A DNA stretch of 64,000 nt from Candidatus Eiseniibacteriota bacterium (GTDB taxonomy: Bacteria; Eisenbacteria; RBG-16-71-46; JABDJR01): NCBI GenBank assembly GCA_963783375.1, contig CAWANH010000028.1, forward strand, positions 672,001 through 736,000, given 5' to 3'. Shown one piece after another: positions 9,774-18,325 of the stretch. Made by a program: the position numbers and the translations under genes. The notes below the pieces were generated by a model. It had not been told where the DNA came from and ran no database searches. It was given only the letters and a program-made list of their open reading frames with translations. Every line of letters starts with the position of its first letter. The stretch's first letter is position 1.

Positions 9774-10988
9774 ATGAACGCTCTCGTCGCCCTCATCCTC
9801 ATCGGCGCCCTCGGCTTGCTCTTCGGCCGGTTCCTCTTTCTGCGCCCGCGTCCGGGCTCCTGGCTCGACCGCTTCTTCCTGTCCGGCGCCGAATTCCTGG
9901 TGTTGGGGGCCCTGATCGGTCCCCACGGCTTCGGCGTGCTGGATCTGACCGCGCTCCTGAAGCTCGAGCCGTTCGTGGTCCTGGCCCTCTCCTGGGTGGG
10001 GCTTCTCTTGGGGGTCCAGCTCCGGTTCCGCTACCTCGCCCGGTTCCCGTTCCGCTACTTCCAGGTGGCCTTCCTGGAGAGCACGGTGGCCCTGCTCGCG
10101 GCCTTCGCCCTCATGGGGTTGGTGTTCTCGATCTGGACCCCGGTGGGCGCGGGGATGCTCGACCGGTGGCGGGCGGCCCTGTGCCTGGGGGCGGTGGCGG
10201 CGTTGAGTTCGCCCACCGAGGCCGCGCTGCACAATCCCGGCGTCTCCCACGCGGGACACGCGGCCGGGCTCCTGCGCTTCGTCCCCGCCGTCGATCCCCT
10301 GGTGGCGTTGGCCGGCCTCGCCGCCCTCTTCGGTTTCTGGCACGTCTCGCTGCAGTCTCCGGGGGCGCTTCTGGGAGCCTGGGGCTGGATTGCGGCCTCG
10401 GTGGGGGGAGGGGCGGTGCTGGGGGCGGCCTTCCTTCTCCTGCTCCGGCCGGCCCGGGATCCGGACGAGGTGGTGCTGGTGGTGCTGGGGATGGCGCTCT
10501 TCTCCGGGGGTCTGGCCTCGGTCTTCCATCTCTCCCCCCTGGTGGTGTGCCTGGTCGAGGGGTTGGTGATCGGGAACTGGCGCCAGGAGGAGGGGCGGCT
10601 GATCCACATGTTCCTCCGCCTGGAGCGGCCGCTCTACATCGCGCTCCTGGTCCTGGCCGGGGCGGCGTGGCGCTTCGACGAACCCTGGGGGTACGTCCTG
10701 GCCGGGATGTTTCTTGCCGTGCGGGTGGCGGCCAAATTCCTGGGAACCCGCATCGCGTTGACCCTGACCCCGCTCCCCTTCCGGCCCCCGGAACGCTGGT
10801 GGCTGGGGCTGCTTCCCCAGGGGGCGATGGCGGTGGCGCTGGCGGTGAGCTACTTCGTGGTGTACCGGGATCCTCTGGCCGAGCGTGTGTTCTCCGCGGT
10901 GCTGGTGAGCACGGTGCTGTTGACCCTGGTGTCGGGGCGCCTGGTGCAACGGGCGCTGGAAACCGACTCCGAGGGACCGGCGCAGTGA
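9774..10988 (+). CDS. Cation:proton antiporter-like membrane protein (divergent CPA2)
   Basis: About 12 TM; GALIGPHGFGVL; GLLPQGAMAVALA. Confidence 0.75.
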   Translation: MNALVALILIGALGLLFGRFLFLRPRPGSWLDRFFLSGAEFLVLGALIGPHGFGVLDLTALLKLEPFVVLALSWVGLLLGVQLRFRYLARFPFRYFQVAFLESTVALLAAFALMGLVFSIWTPVGAGMLDRWRAALCLGAVAALSSPTEAALHNPGVSHAGHAAGLLRFVPAVDPLVALAGLAALFGFWHVSLQSPGALLGAWGWIAASVGGGAVLGAAFLLLLRPARDPDEVVLVVLGMALFSGGLASVFHLSPLVVCLVEGLVIGNWRQEEGRLIHMFLRLERPLYIALLVLAGAAWRFDEPWGYVLAGMFLAVRVAAKFLGTRIALTLTPLPFRPPERWWLGLLPQGAMAVALAVSYFVVYRDPLAERVFSAVLVSTVLLTLVSGRLVQRALETDSEGPAQ

Positions 10989-11013
10989 GGCGGGCCGGCG
11001 GGGGGACCCGGGG

Positions 11014-12366
11014 TTGAGCCGGGTATCGAGATGGGCGACCGGGGCCTCGGTGAGCCGGCTCTACGCCGCACTCCTCCTGGTGGGGCTCATGGCCCTGGCC
11101 CGCTGGAACCCCCTCCGGGACCTGGGCGACCTCGGCCACCAGGCCACGGTGAGCCTCGGATTCGTGCTCATCTTCGGCTACCTGGCCGGACACCTCGCGC
11201 GCATGGTCCGCCTCCCCCGGATCACCGGCTACATCCTGGCCGGGATCCTGTGCGGCCCGTACCTGGGCGGCTTTCTGACCCAGCCGGTGGTGAAGGGACT
11301 ACAGCTCATCGACGACCTCGCCCTGGCGTTGATCGCCTTCACCGCGGGAGGCGAGCTTCGGTTGGAGAGCATCCGCCCCCGGCTGAAGAGCATCCTCACC
11401 ATCACCGTCATGCAGACCGGGGTGGTTTTCGTGGGCATGATCGCGGCGGTCGTGGCCCTGGCCGGCGCCCTTCCGTTCCTGGACGGAAAGCCCTTCGTCT
11501 CCGTGCTCGCCGTCGCGTTCCTGTTCGGTCTCTTCGGGGTTGCGAACTCCCCGGCCACCGCGGTGGCCATCATCAACGAGTACCGCTCCCGGGGCCCCTT
11601 CACCGACACCGTCCTCGGGGTCACCGTGCTCAAGGACGTGGTGGTGCTGATCCTCATCACCCTCATCCTCCCCCTGATCCGGGTGATGGTGGTCCCCGCC
11701 GCGAGTTTCGACGTCCACTTCATCCTCGACCTGGCGTGGGAGATCGGGGGGTCTCTGGTGGGAGGGGTGATCCTGGGCCTCCTGGTCACCCAGTACATGC
11801 GGGGGGTGGGGGCGGTCCTCCCGCTCTTCATCGTGGGGGTGTCGATCCTGGTCTCCCAGGTGGCCCGTCAGTTCCATCTCGAGGCGCTTCTCCTCTGCAT
11901 GGTGGCGGGGTTCGTGATCGAGAACACCACCAGCTACGGCGATCGCTTCATCCAGGCCATCGAGCGGAGCGCGCTCCCGGTCTACGTGGTGTTCTTCGCC
12001 ATCGGCGGCGCGTCGCTCGACCTGGGCGCGGTGCGGATCACCTGGATGGTCACCCTGATCCTGGTGGTGTGGCGGGCGGTCCTGATCCTGGGGGCCACCG
12101 CCTGGGGAGAGCGCCTCTCCGGAGGGAAGAACGCGCCGGTGATGCGGCTGGGCTGGCTCGGGTTCCTGGCCCAGGCCGGGGTCACTCTCGGGCTGGCCTC
12201 CATCGTGGCCCGGAAGTTTCCGGACTGGGGTCCCGACGTGAAGATGATCGCCCTGGCGCTGATCGCGGTGAACCAGATCGTGGGACCGGTGGGATTCCGG
12301 TTCGCCATCCTCCGGAGCGGGGAATCGCGGGCGGAGGAAAACCGGGAGGCCGCGGGCGAGGTTTGA
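11014..12366 (+). CDS. Cation:proton antiporter (CPA2 family)
   Basis: LPRITGYILAGILCGP; NSPATAVAII; VLKDV; FLAQAGVTLGLA. Confidence 0.85.
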   Translation: MSRVSRWATGASVSRLYAALLLVGLMALARWNPLRDLGDLGHQATVSLGFVLIFGYLAGHLARMVRLPRITGYILAGILCGPYLGGFLTQPVVKGLQLIDDLALALIAFTAGGELRLESIRPRLKSILTITVMQTGVVFVGMIAAVVALAGALPFLDGKPFVSVLAVAFLFGLFGVANSPATAVAIINEYRSRGPFTDTVLGVTVLKDVVVLILITLILPLIRVMVVPAASFDVHFILDLAWEIGGSLVGGVILGLLVTQYMRGVGAVLPLFIVGVSILVSQVARQFHLEALLLCMVAGFVIENTTSYGDRFIQAIERSALPVYVVFFAIGGASLDLGAVRITWMVTLILVVWRAVLILGATAWGERLSGGKNAPVMRLGWLGFLAQAGVTLGLASIVARKFPDWGPDVKMIALALIAVNQIVGPVGFRFAILRSGESRAEENREAAGEV

Positions 12367-12429
12367 CACGCCCCTCCCCAGGGGCTAATCTGTTCGCGTT
12401 TCACCGAATAGACGCAAACCGCTCGCCGG

Positions 12430-13080
12430 GTGAGGACCCTCCCCATGATGGATCGAAACGCAGGATCGCCCTCCCACGGGGACGGGCCGGGGACCGAAGA
12501 CGCCCAGTCCGGGCGCCTGAGCCGTTTCCTGGCTCTGGTCCTCCGGCACCGGGCCCACCAGTTCCAGCTTACGGTCGACGACGAGGGGTTCGTGGCCATC
12601 GAGCCGCTCCTGGAACTCGCCCACACGCGCCAGGGTCTGGAAGAGGTGAGCCGGGCGGATCTCGAGGCCCTGGCCGACAAGCCGGGTCGCAAGCGTTTCG
12701 AGATCACCGGGGAGTCCATCCGCGCCACCTACGGCCATTCGTTTCATCGCCCCATCCGCTATCCGGACGCGTCGCCCCCCGAGCGGCTGTACCTGGCCGT
12801 GCCCCGCTCCCAGCTCCCGGACATCCGGCTTCAGGGGCTCCGGCCCGAGGGGCGCCAGTACGTCCACCTCTCCGAAGAGCGGGAAGAGGCCGAGGAGGTG
12901 GGGCGGCACAAGTCCACCGAGGTCACGGTGGTGGAGGTGCTGGCCCGCGAGGCGTCGGAGAACGGCATCCCGTTCCATCGGCCCACCGACGGGCTCTACC
13001 TGGCCGCGCAGGTTCCCGCCCGCTTCCTCGACGTCGAAGTGCGCTTCGGTCGGAAGCCGCGGAAGGGTCGCCGGCGCTAG
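12430..13080 (+). CDS. kptA: RNA 2'-phosphotransferase (Tpt1/KptA)
   Basis: LSRFLALVLRH, DDEGFV, KRFE, IRATYGHS, RQYVHLS; start may be ATG 12445. Confidence 0.88.
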   Translation: MRTLPMMDRNAGSPSHGDGPGTEDAQSGRLSRFLALVLRHRAHQFQLTVDDEGFVAIEPLLELAHTRQGLEEVSRADLEALADKPGRKRFEITGESIRATYGHSFHRPIRYPDASPPERLYLAVPRSQLPDIRLQGLRPEGRQYVHLSEEREEAEEVGRHKSTEVTVVEVLAREASENGIPFHRPTDGLYLAAQVPARFLDVEVRFGRKPRKGRRR

Positions 13081-13292
13081 CGTCCCGCCCCGGCCGGTCG
13101 TGATCCAGACAGACGATCCGGTCGGTCATATATGGGGCCGGCCTCCGGAGTCTCCCCCGATTCCGCCGACGTTTCCCGCGTCGCATCCTTTCCGTGGATT
13201 TGCCGATGCCAAATATTGAATTAGGCTCACCCCGGGCGGATCCCGATAATGGGGGTGTATCAAGGGAAGACGGGAAGGGTGGTTGGAAAAGC

Positions 13293-13467
13293 CCGGGGAG
13301 AGAAAACCCCGGTCCCGGGCCCTGAACGGAGCGGGCAAGGGTGGTGCGGGGGATGTGAGGTTTCGTTCGGGCTCTCGACTCCCGAACTCTGGGTGGTAGA
13401 GGTGCGGTGGGGTGGTGACGGGTGGTGCGGTGCGGGGTGGTGATGGGATGCCTCCTCGGGGCCCGGG
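13293..13467 (+). ncRNA. Putative structured RNA module 1 (GGGTGGT-repeat-containing)
   Basis: Hairpin CCGGGG-AGAGAAAA-CCCCGG; 12-bp helix 13314-13325/13456-13467 (one G-U); inner GTTCGGG/CCCGAAC hairpin. Confidence 0.5.
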
Positions 13468-13472
13468 TAGAT

Positions 13473-13577
13473 AGAAAGGGACGCTGACCCAGCCTTTCAG
13501 GATTCGTTCGGGGGTTCAAACCCCTGACGAGCCGAAGCCGGGCAAAGGGCAAGAAAGGCAGGCGTCCCTTTCTCTTT
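13473..13577 (+). ncRNA. Putative structured RNA module 2
   Basis: 12-bp helix AGAAAGGGACGC/GCGTCCCTTTCT (13473-13484/13562-13573); GCCTTTC/GAAAGGC; inner hairpin; U-rich tail. Confidence 0.5.
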
Positions 13578-13714
13578 GCCGTTACAGACGACAAGAATTG
13601 TATGGTTGCATTCATATTCAGACTTCGCGATCTAAATAGTGTTCATAATCCTGTATTTCGCATAGCGGGATTCTGAATTGGCCATCCGACCGATTTGCCG
13701 TCACCATACTGTCA

Positions 13715-13901
13715 AGTCGGGGTGAGACAACCTCGACTGCGGGCCCTGATAAACCGGGACTGGAAGAGCGGACGCAGGAGTTCGGGACGTTCAGGAGGTT
13801 CGCCTCCTGAAAACGGGATGCATGGGGGTACCGTCCCGAACGGGATGCCGAGGAGACCTCGACACCCGGTTTGCCGCAAGGCAGGGGCCCGCAAATTTTT
13901 T
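13715..13901 (+). ncRNA. Putative structured RNA module 3 (multi-branch, about 185 nt)
   Basis: Seven helices including UUCG- and GCAA-capped hairpins; closing helix TGCGGGCCC/GGGCCCGCA followed by T6. Confidence 0.62.
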
Positions 13902-14029
13902 GCCCAAAATCATGGTTTTTACTTTTATAGCATGAAATCGCAATCGGGGCGGCGGTCCTCGAATCTCCCTTGGCCCGTCCAGCGCGCCGCCCGTGACGCG
14001 CCGCTCCGACCGGAGATGCCGGCCGCCGG

Positions 14030-15241
14030 CTACTCCGCGTAGCTGATGCGGTAGATCGCCCCCGCGCGATCGTCGGAGACCAGGAGCGCCCCGTCCGGCA
14101 TGACCTGGACGTCCACCGGCCGCCCCCAGGCCTGGGCTCCCTGGAGCCACCCCCGGGCGAAAACGTCGTAGCTCACCGCCTCGCCGTTCTCCACCCGGAC
14201 CGCGGTCACCCGGTAGCCGATGGGCCGGGAACGGTTCCAGGAGCCGTGCTCGGCGATGAAGACCGCGTTCCGGTACGCCTCGGGAAACATGCGCCCGGTG
14301 TAGAAGCGCATGCCCAGGGACGCCACGTGGGGCCCGAGTTCCCGGGCCGCCGGGGTGAACTCCGAGCAACGGTGTCCGGAGCCGTACTGGGGATCGGGGA
14401 TCTCCCGGCCGTAGCAGTGGGGAAACCCGAAGTTCATGCCCGGCTTGGGGGCATGGTTGAGCTCGTCGGGGGGGACGTCGTCGCCCATCCAGTCACGCCC
14501 GTTGTCGGTGAACCAGAGGTCCCCGGTCCGGGGATCCCAGTCGAAGCCCACCGAGTTCCGGATCCCCCGGGCGTAGACCTCCCAGTCGCTCCCGTCGGGG
14601 TTCATCCGGGTGATCGACGCGTAGGGGTCTCCCCGGTCGCACACGTTGCAGGGCGCGCCGACCGGCACGTAGAGCTTCCCGTCGGGACCGAACCGTATGA
14701 ACTTCCAGCCGTGGGAGCGGTCGGCGGGAAAGACGTCGCTCACGGTGACCGGAGCGGGGGGGGCCTCCAGGCGGGCCTCGATGTCGTCGTAGCGAATGAC
14801 CCGGCCGATCTCCGCGACGTAGAGCGCGCCGTCGTGAACCGCCACCCCGTTGGGGGTGTCCAGCCCCTCGGCGATCACCCACGTCCGGTCCGCCCGGCCG
14901 TCCCGGTTGGTATCCCGGACCGCGTAGACCCGGTCCTCGCCCCGGGTGCCCACGAAGAGGGTCCCGCCCGGCCCGAGAGCCATCGAGCGGGCTCCGGGAA
15001 GACCGGCGGCGTAAACCGCGATCCGAAACCCCGGGGGAAGCTGGACCCGGTCGAGGGGCAGGTCGCCCCGGGCAGCCGACGCGGCGTCGCCTCGGGAATC
15101 GGCTTGGGAACAGGCCAGGGCGGACAGGGTGAGGACCGCGATCAGGAGCGCCGCGTGCCGCAGTGATCCGCCCGGGGTCCTGGACCACGCCGTGCGCCGT
15201 CCCGGACCGGCAGTCGCTCCGAACGGCGCCGCCCGTCGCAT
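14030..15241 (-). CDS. PQQ-dependent sugar/sorbosone dehydrogenase family lipoprotein
   Basis: HGWKFIRFGPDGKLYVPVGAPCNVC, GIRNSVG, HGSWNR, GRPVDV; lipobox-like ALAC. Confidence 0.92.
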   Translation of the reverse strand: MRRAAPFGATAGPGRRTAWSRTPGGSLRHAALLIAVLTLSALACSQADSRGDAASAARGDLPLDRVQLPPGFRIAVYAAGLPGARSMALGPGGTLFVGTRGEDRVYAVRDTNRDGRADRTWVIAEGLDTPNGVAVHDGALYVAEIGRVIRYDDIEARLEAPPAPVTVSDVFPADRSHGWKFIRFGPDGKLYVPVGAPCNVCDRGDPYASITRMNPDGSDWEVYARGIRNSVGFDWDPRTGDLWFTDNGRDWMGDDVPPDELNHAPKPGMNFGFPHCYGREIPDPQYGSGHRCSEFTPAARELGPHVASLGMRFYTGRMFPEAYRNAVFIAEHGSWNRSRPIGYRVTAVRVENGEAVSYDVFARGWLQGAQAWGRPVDVQVMPDGALLVSDDRAGAIYRISYAE

Positions 15242-16032
15242 CAGTCCTCCGATCCGCGGAAGAGGGTGAGGAAGGCGTTCACCAGGGACTCGTGGCCGGC
15301 CACCAGGTGGGAGCTTTCCCGGGTGATATCCCGGGCCTCGTGATCCACCATGATCCCGCCCGCCTCCTCGATGAGCATCCAGCCGCCGGCGATGTCCCAC
15401 CAGGCCTGGGGGGTCGCCTTCCCCGCGAAGAGCAGGTCGAACCGGCCGGCGGCCACGTAGGCCAGCTCCAGGGCGATGGTGCCGAGCTTCCGGGTCTTGG
15501 AGAACCGGCGGTGGAGCTGGTGGACGAAGCCGATCTTCCGGAGGAACTGCCCCTCCGCCGAGGTCTGCATGCTGAGGGCGGCCTGGTCGATGTCCCGGAC
15601 GTCGCTCAAGGTGATGGGCTTCGATCCGAGCCAGGCGCCGGCGCCTCGGAAGGCGTGGAAGTGCTCCTCACGCAGCGGGTCCATGACGTGCCCCACGACC
15701 GGCTTCCCGCGCTGGACCGCCCCGATCGAGATCGAGAAGATCGGGATCCCCCGGGTGAAGTTCAGGGTGCCGTCGATGGGATCGATGAACCAGATCGTCT
15801 CGGCGTCGCCCTCGGTGTGGCCGGTCTCCTCGCCGATGATGGCGTGATCGGGCCAGGCGCCGAGGATCGCCTCCACCGCCGCCTTCTCGATGGCCCGATC
15901 GGTCGCGGTCACCGGCTGGCCCGGCGACTTGTACATCACCGGGCCGGGGTTCTCGAATCCTTCCCGAGCCATGGCGGCGAGCCGGGGCATGAGCCGGGTC
16001 AGGAAGGCGTCCATCTCGCGGGGATCGGTCAC
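15241..16032 (-). CDS. Inositol monophosphatase family protein
   Basis: GEE, WFIDPIDGTLNF, WDIAGG. Confidence 0.92.
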   Translation of the reverse strand: MTDPREMDAFLTRLMPRLAAMAREGFENPGPVMYKSPGQPVTATDRAIEKAAVEAILGAWPDHAIIGEETGHTEGDAETIWFIDPIDGTLNFTRGIPIFSISIGAVQRGKPVVGHVMDPLREEHFHAFRGAGAWLGSKPITLSDVRDIDQAALSMQTSAEGQFLRKIGFVHQLHRRFSKTRKLGTIALELAYVAAGRFDLLFAGKATPQAWWDIAGGWMLIEEAGGIMVDHEARDITRESSHLVAGHESLVNAFLTLFRGSED

Positions 16033-16293
16033 GCAATGCTCCTCTCGGGGGTTCCTGGGCCCGGGTCGGGTCGTCGGCGCCCGGGTCGTCGACGGGCCGC
16101 GCCGTCGACGCGCCGGGCGGATCGGGGCCCGGCTCGGCCCCGGATCGGCCGGCCGGCTCCGGACCGGGGTTAATCCTATACGAAATCGCGGGGAGCGGCT
16201 CGGGGGTCGCCGACCGGGCGCCTCGGCTCCGGGCGGCGGCGCCGCCCGCCTGACCGAGGCCTTGGAGGGGCGCGCAGCGGGGCCGGTGCGGGC

Positions 16294-17904
16294 TCAGTCC
16301 GTCGGCGGAGCGGTGACGTAGCCCTCGCGAAGGTCGCGTTCGGTGAGCGTCGGATCGCGTTCGTCGGGGGGACCGTAGCCCCCGCCGCCGGGAAGCTCCA
16401 GGGTGACCCGCCGGCCGTCGCGGAGGAGGTATTTCCGCTTGGGGTGGGGATCGGCGCCGTCTTCCAGGCGAACCCGGCCCGGGGCGCCGCTTTCGCCGCC
16501 TCCGCGACCCGCGGCGGGATGACGGGTGCGTTCGTAGATGCAGGAATGGACGGCGTCTCCGCCGCGCACGCTCAGGGTGAGCCGCTGGCCAAGGCCGCCG
16601 CGGTATCGGCCCGCGCCGCCGGAGTCTTCGCGGAGGGCGCGCTCGTGGACGAAGAGCGGGGTGGTGGACTCGATGATCTCGGCGGGGATGTTCTGCACCC
16701 CGCTCGGGAACGAGGTCACCGAGAGGCCGTCCTTCTGCGGGCGGGCGCCGGTGCCGCCGTTCGAGAACAGGGTGAAGACGAAGTGCGCACCGTCCCGGCG
16801 GCGCCCCTCGAACTGGCTCGCCCAGAGGCCGTAGGCCCCGTCCGCGGGGACGCGATCGGGGACGAAGGGGTGGAGCGCGGCGAAGACCGCCCCGGGGAGG
16901 AAGTGGCCCACGATGTGGCGGGCGGCCACCGGGGCCGGGGGGATCGCGTTCAGCACGCACCCTTCGGGCGCGATCACGGTGATGGGGCGGAACGAGCCGG
17001 CGTTGTGCGGGATGTCCGGGCTCAAGACGCAGGCCAGGGGGTAGGTCGTGTAGGCGTGGGTGTAGGTCATCACCACGTTGATGCCCTCGCGGACCTGGGG
17101 GCTCGTGCCGGCGTAGTCCACGGTGAGCCGGTCGCCTTCGACGCGGATGGTGGCGCGAAGGGTCACCGGTTCGCCGAAGCCGTCGAGGATCACCTCGCCG
17201 GTGGATTCGCCGTCGGGAAGCGCGGCGATCCGCTCGCGGAGGGCGCGTTCGCTCCGGTCCAGCACCTCGTCGGCGATGGCCTCGAGGTCTTGCGTGCCGG
17301 TGTCGGAGAAGAGCGACCGCAGCCTGTCCTCGGCGCGATGGTTGGCCGCGGCCATGGCCTGGAGGTCGCCCAGGACCATCTCCGGGGTGCGGACATTGGC
17401 GGCGATGAGTTCGGCCAGGAGCGGGTCGAGCCTGCCCTTCCTGATGAGCTTGACGATGGGGAGGCGGAGGCCCTCTTCGTAGACATCCAGCGCCTCCGCG
17501 CCGAGGGTCCGCCCGCCGATGTCCGCCATGTGGCAGGTGTTGGCGCCCCAGCCCACCGCGCGATCCCCGTGGAAGAGCGGGGTCACGACGGTCACGTCGT
17601 GGAGGTGGCCGCTGGCCAGCCACGGGTCGTTGGTGGCCAGGCTGTCGCCGGGTTGCAGCGAATCGAGGGGAAAGCGCTCGGCGAAATGGCGGACCGCGGT
17701 GGCCATGGTGTTGATGTGGCCCGGGGTGCCGGTCACCGCCTGGGCGATCATCCGGCCGCGGCGATCGAAGATCCCCGCGCTCAGGTCCCCCGCCTCGCGC
17801 ACCACCGGGGTGAACGAGGTGTTGAGGAGAACGGTCGCCACCTCCTCCACGATGCTGGTGAGCCGGGTCCAGAGGATCCCGACCTGGACGGGGTCGAGGG
17901 TCAT
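16294..17904 (-). CDS. Hydantoinase B / oxoprolinase family subunit
   Basis: NDPWLASGHLHD, HMADIGG, DSGGAGRYRGGLG, PGGGGYG. Confidence 0.93.
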   Translation of the reverse strand: MTLDPVQVGILWTRLTSIVEEVATVLLNTSFTPVVREAGDLSAGIFDRRGRMIAQAVTGTPGHINTMATAVRHFAERFPLDSLQPGDSLATNDPWLASGHLHDVTVVTPLFHGDRAVGWGANTCHMADIGGRTLGAEALDVYEEGLRLPIVKLIRKGRLDPLLAELIAANVRTPEMVLGDLQAMAAANHRAEDRLRSLFSDTGTQDLEAIADEVLDRSERALRERIAALPDGESTGEVILDGFGEPVTLRATIRVEGDRLTVDYAGTSPQVREGINVVMTYTHAYTTYPLACVLSPDIPHNAGSFRPITVIAPEGCVLNAIPPAPVAARHIVGHFLPGAVFAALHPFVPDRVPADGAYGLWASQFEGRRRDGAHFVFTLFSNGGTGARPQKDGLSVTSFPSGVQNIPAEIIESTTPLFVHERALREDSGGAGRYRGGLGQRLTLSVRGGDAVHSCIYERTRHPAAGRGGGESGAPGRVRLEDGADPHPKRKYLLRDGRRVTLELPGGGGYGPPDERDPTLTERDLREGYVTAPPTD

Positions 17905-18029
17905 GGGTGGGGGTCCTTGGGGCGAACGGCGTTCTCATGGGCTCGCTCACTTCGAGCCGGCATGCGCCTTACAACCAATTTCAGCTGTATTCTGTTCACC
18001 CGGGTGAATCGGATCGACGCCGGCATTCG

Positions 18030-18141
18030 CCGAGCGCGCAACCTCCGGCCGGAAACCGGCCGTCCGGCGCCGCCCCGAGCGCGCGACCTCCGGCCGGAAA
18101 CCGGCCGTCCGGCGCCGCCCCGAGCGCGCGACCTCCGGCCG
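18030..18141. repeat. 45-bp tandem repeat, 2.5 copies, with internal palindrome
   Basis: Unit CCGAGCGCGC(A/G)ACCTCCGGCCGGAAACCGGCCGTCCGGCGCCGCC at 18030, 18075, 18120; flanked by IR GGCATTCG/CGAATGCC. Confidence 0.9.
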
Positions 18142-18277
18142 AATGCCCTTCGACTCGTCGGGTCCGCTCCCTCGGACCGTCCACCGGACGCTCCTACGGT
18201 CGCTCCTTCACCGCGAAGGGGCCCCCGCTTCGCGGCCCTTCGCGCTTCAGAACGCCTCCTCGCCCGAAGGGCAATTC
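18141..18277. repeat. MITE/REP-like element with terminal inverted repeats
   Basis: GAATGCCCTTCG...CGAAGGGCAATTC ends; core 18171-18209 is 34/39 identical to the reverse complement of 41506-41544. Confidence 0.6.
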
Positions 18278-18325
18278 GCCCCTCGGCGCGCGCGGTCTGC
18301 CGTTCGCGGCTCGCGCCCTGGATCA

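Noticed and set aside
13505-13560. Hammerhead ribozyme (CTGACGA...GAAA) or tRNA fragment (GGGGGTTCAAACCCC)
   Set aside because: Stems I-III cannot be closed around the hammerhead core with correct register, and there are no D or anticodon arms or acceptor stem for a tRNA.
13810-13862. Cobalamin riboswitch (GCCGAGGAGACCT resembles the B12 box)
   Set aside because: Other core motifs are absent and there is no downstream gene on the same strand.
12923-14042. Small ORFs in the kptA downstream gap (12923-13615 -, 13249-13443 +, 13695-14042 +)
   Set aside because: No recognisable domains, atypical codon use; RNA structure explains the region better.
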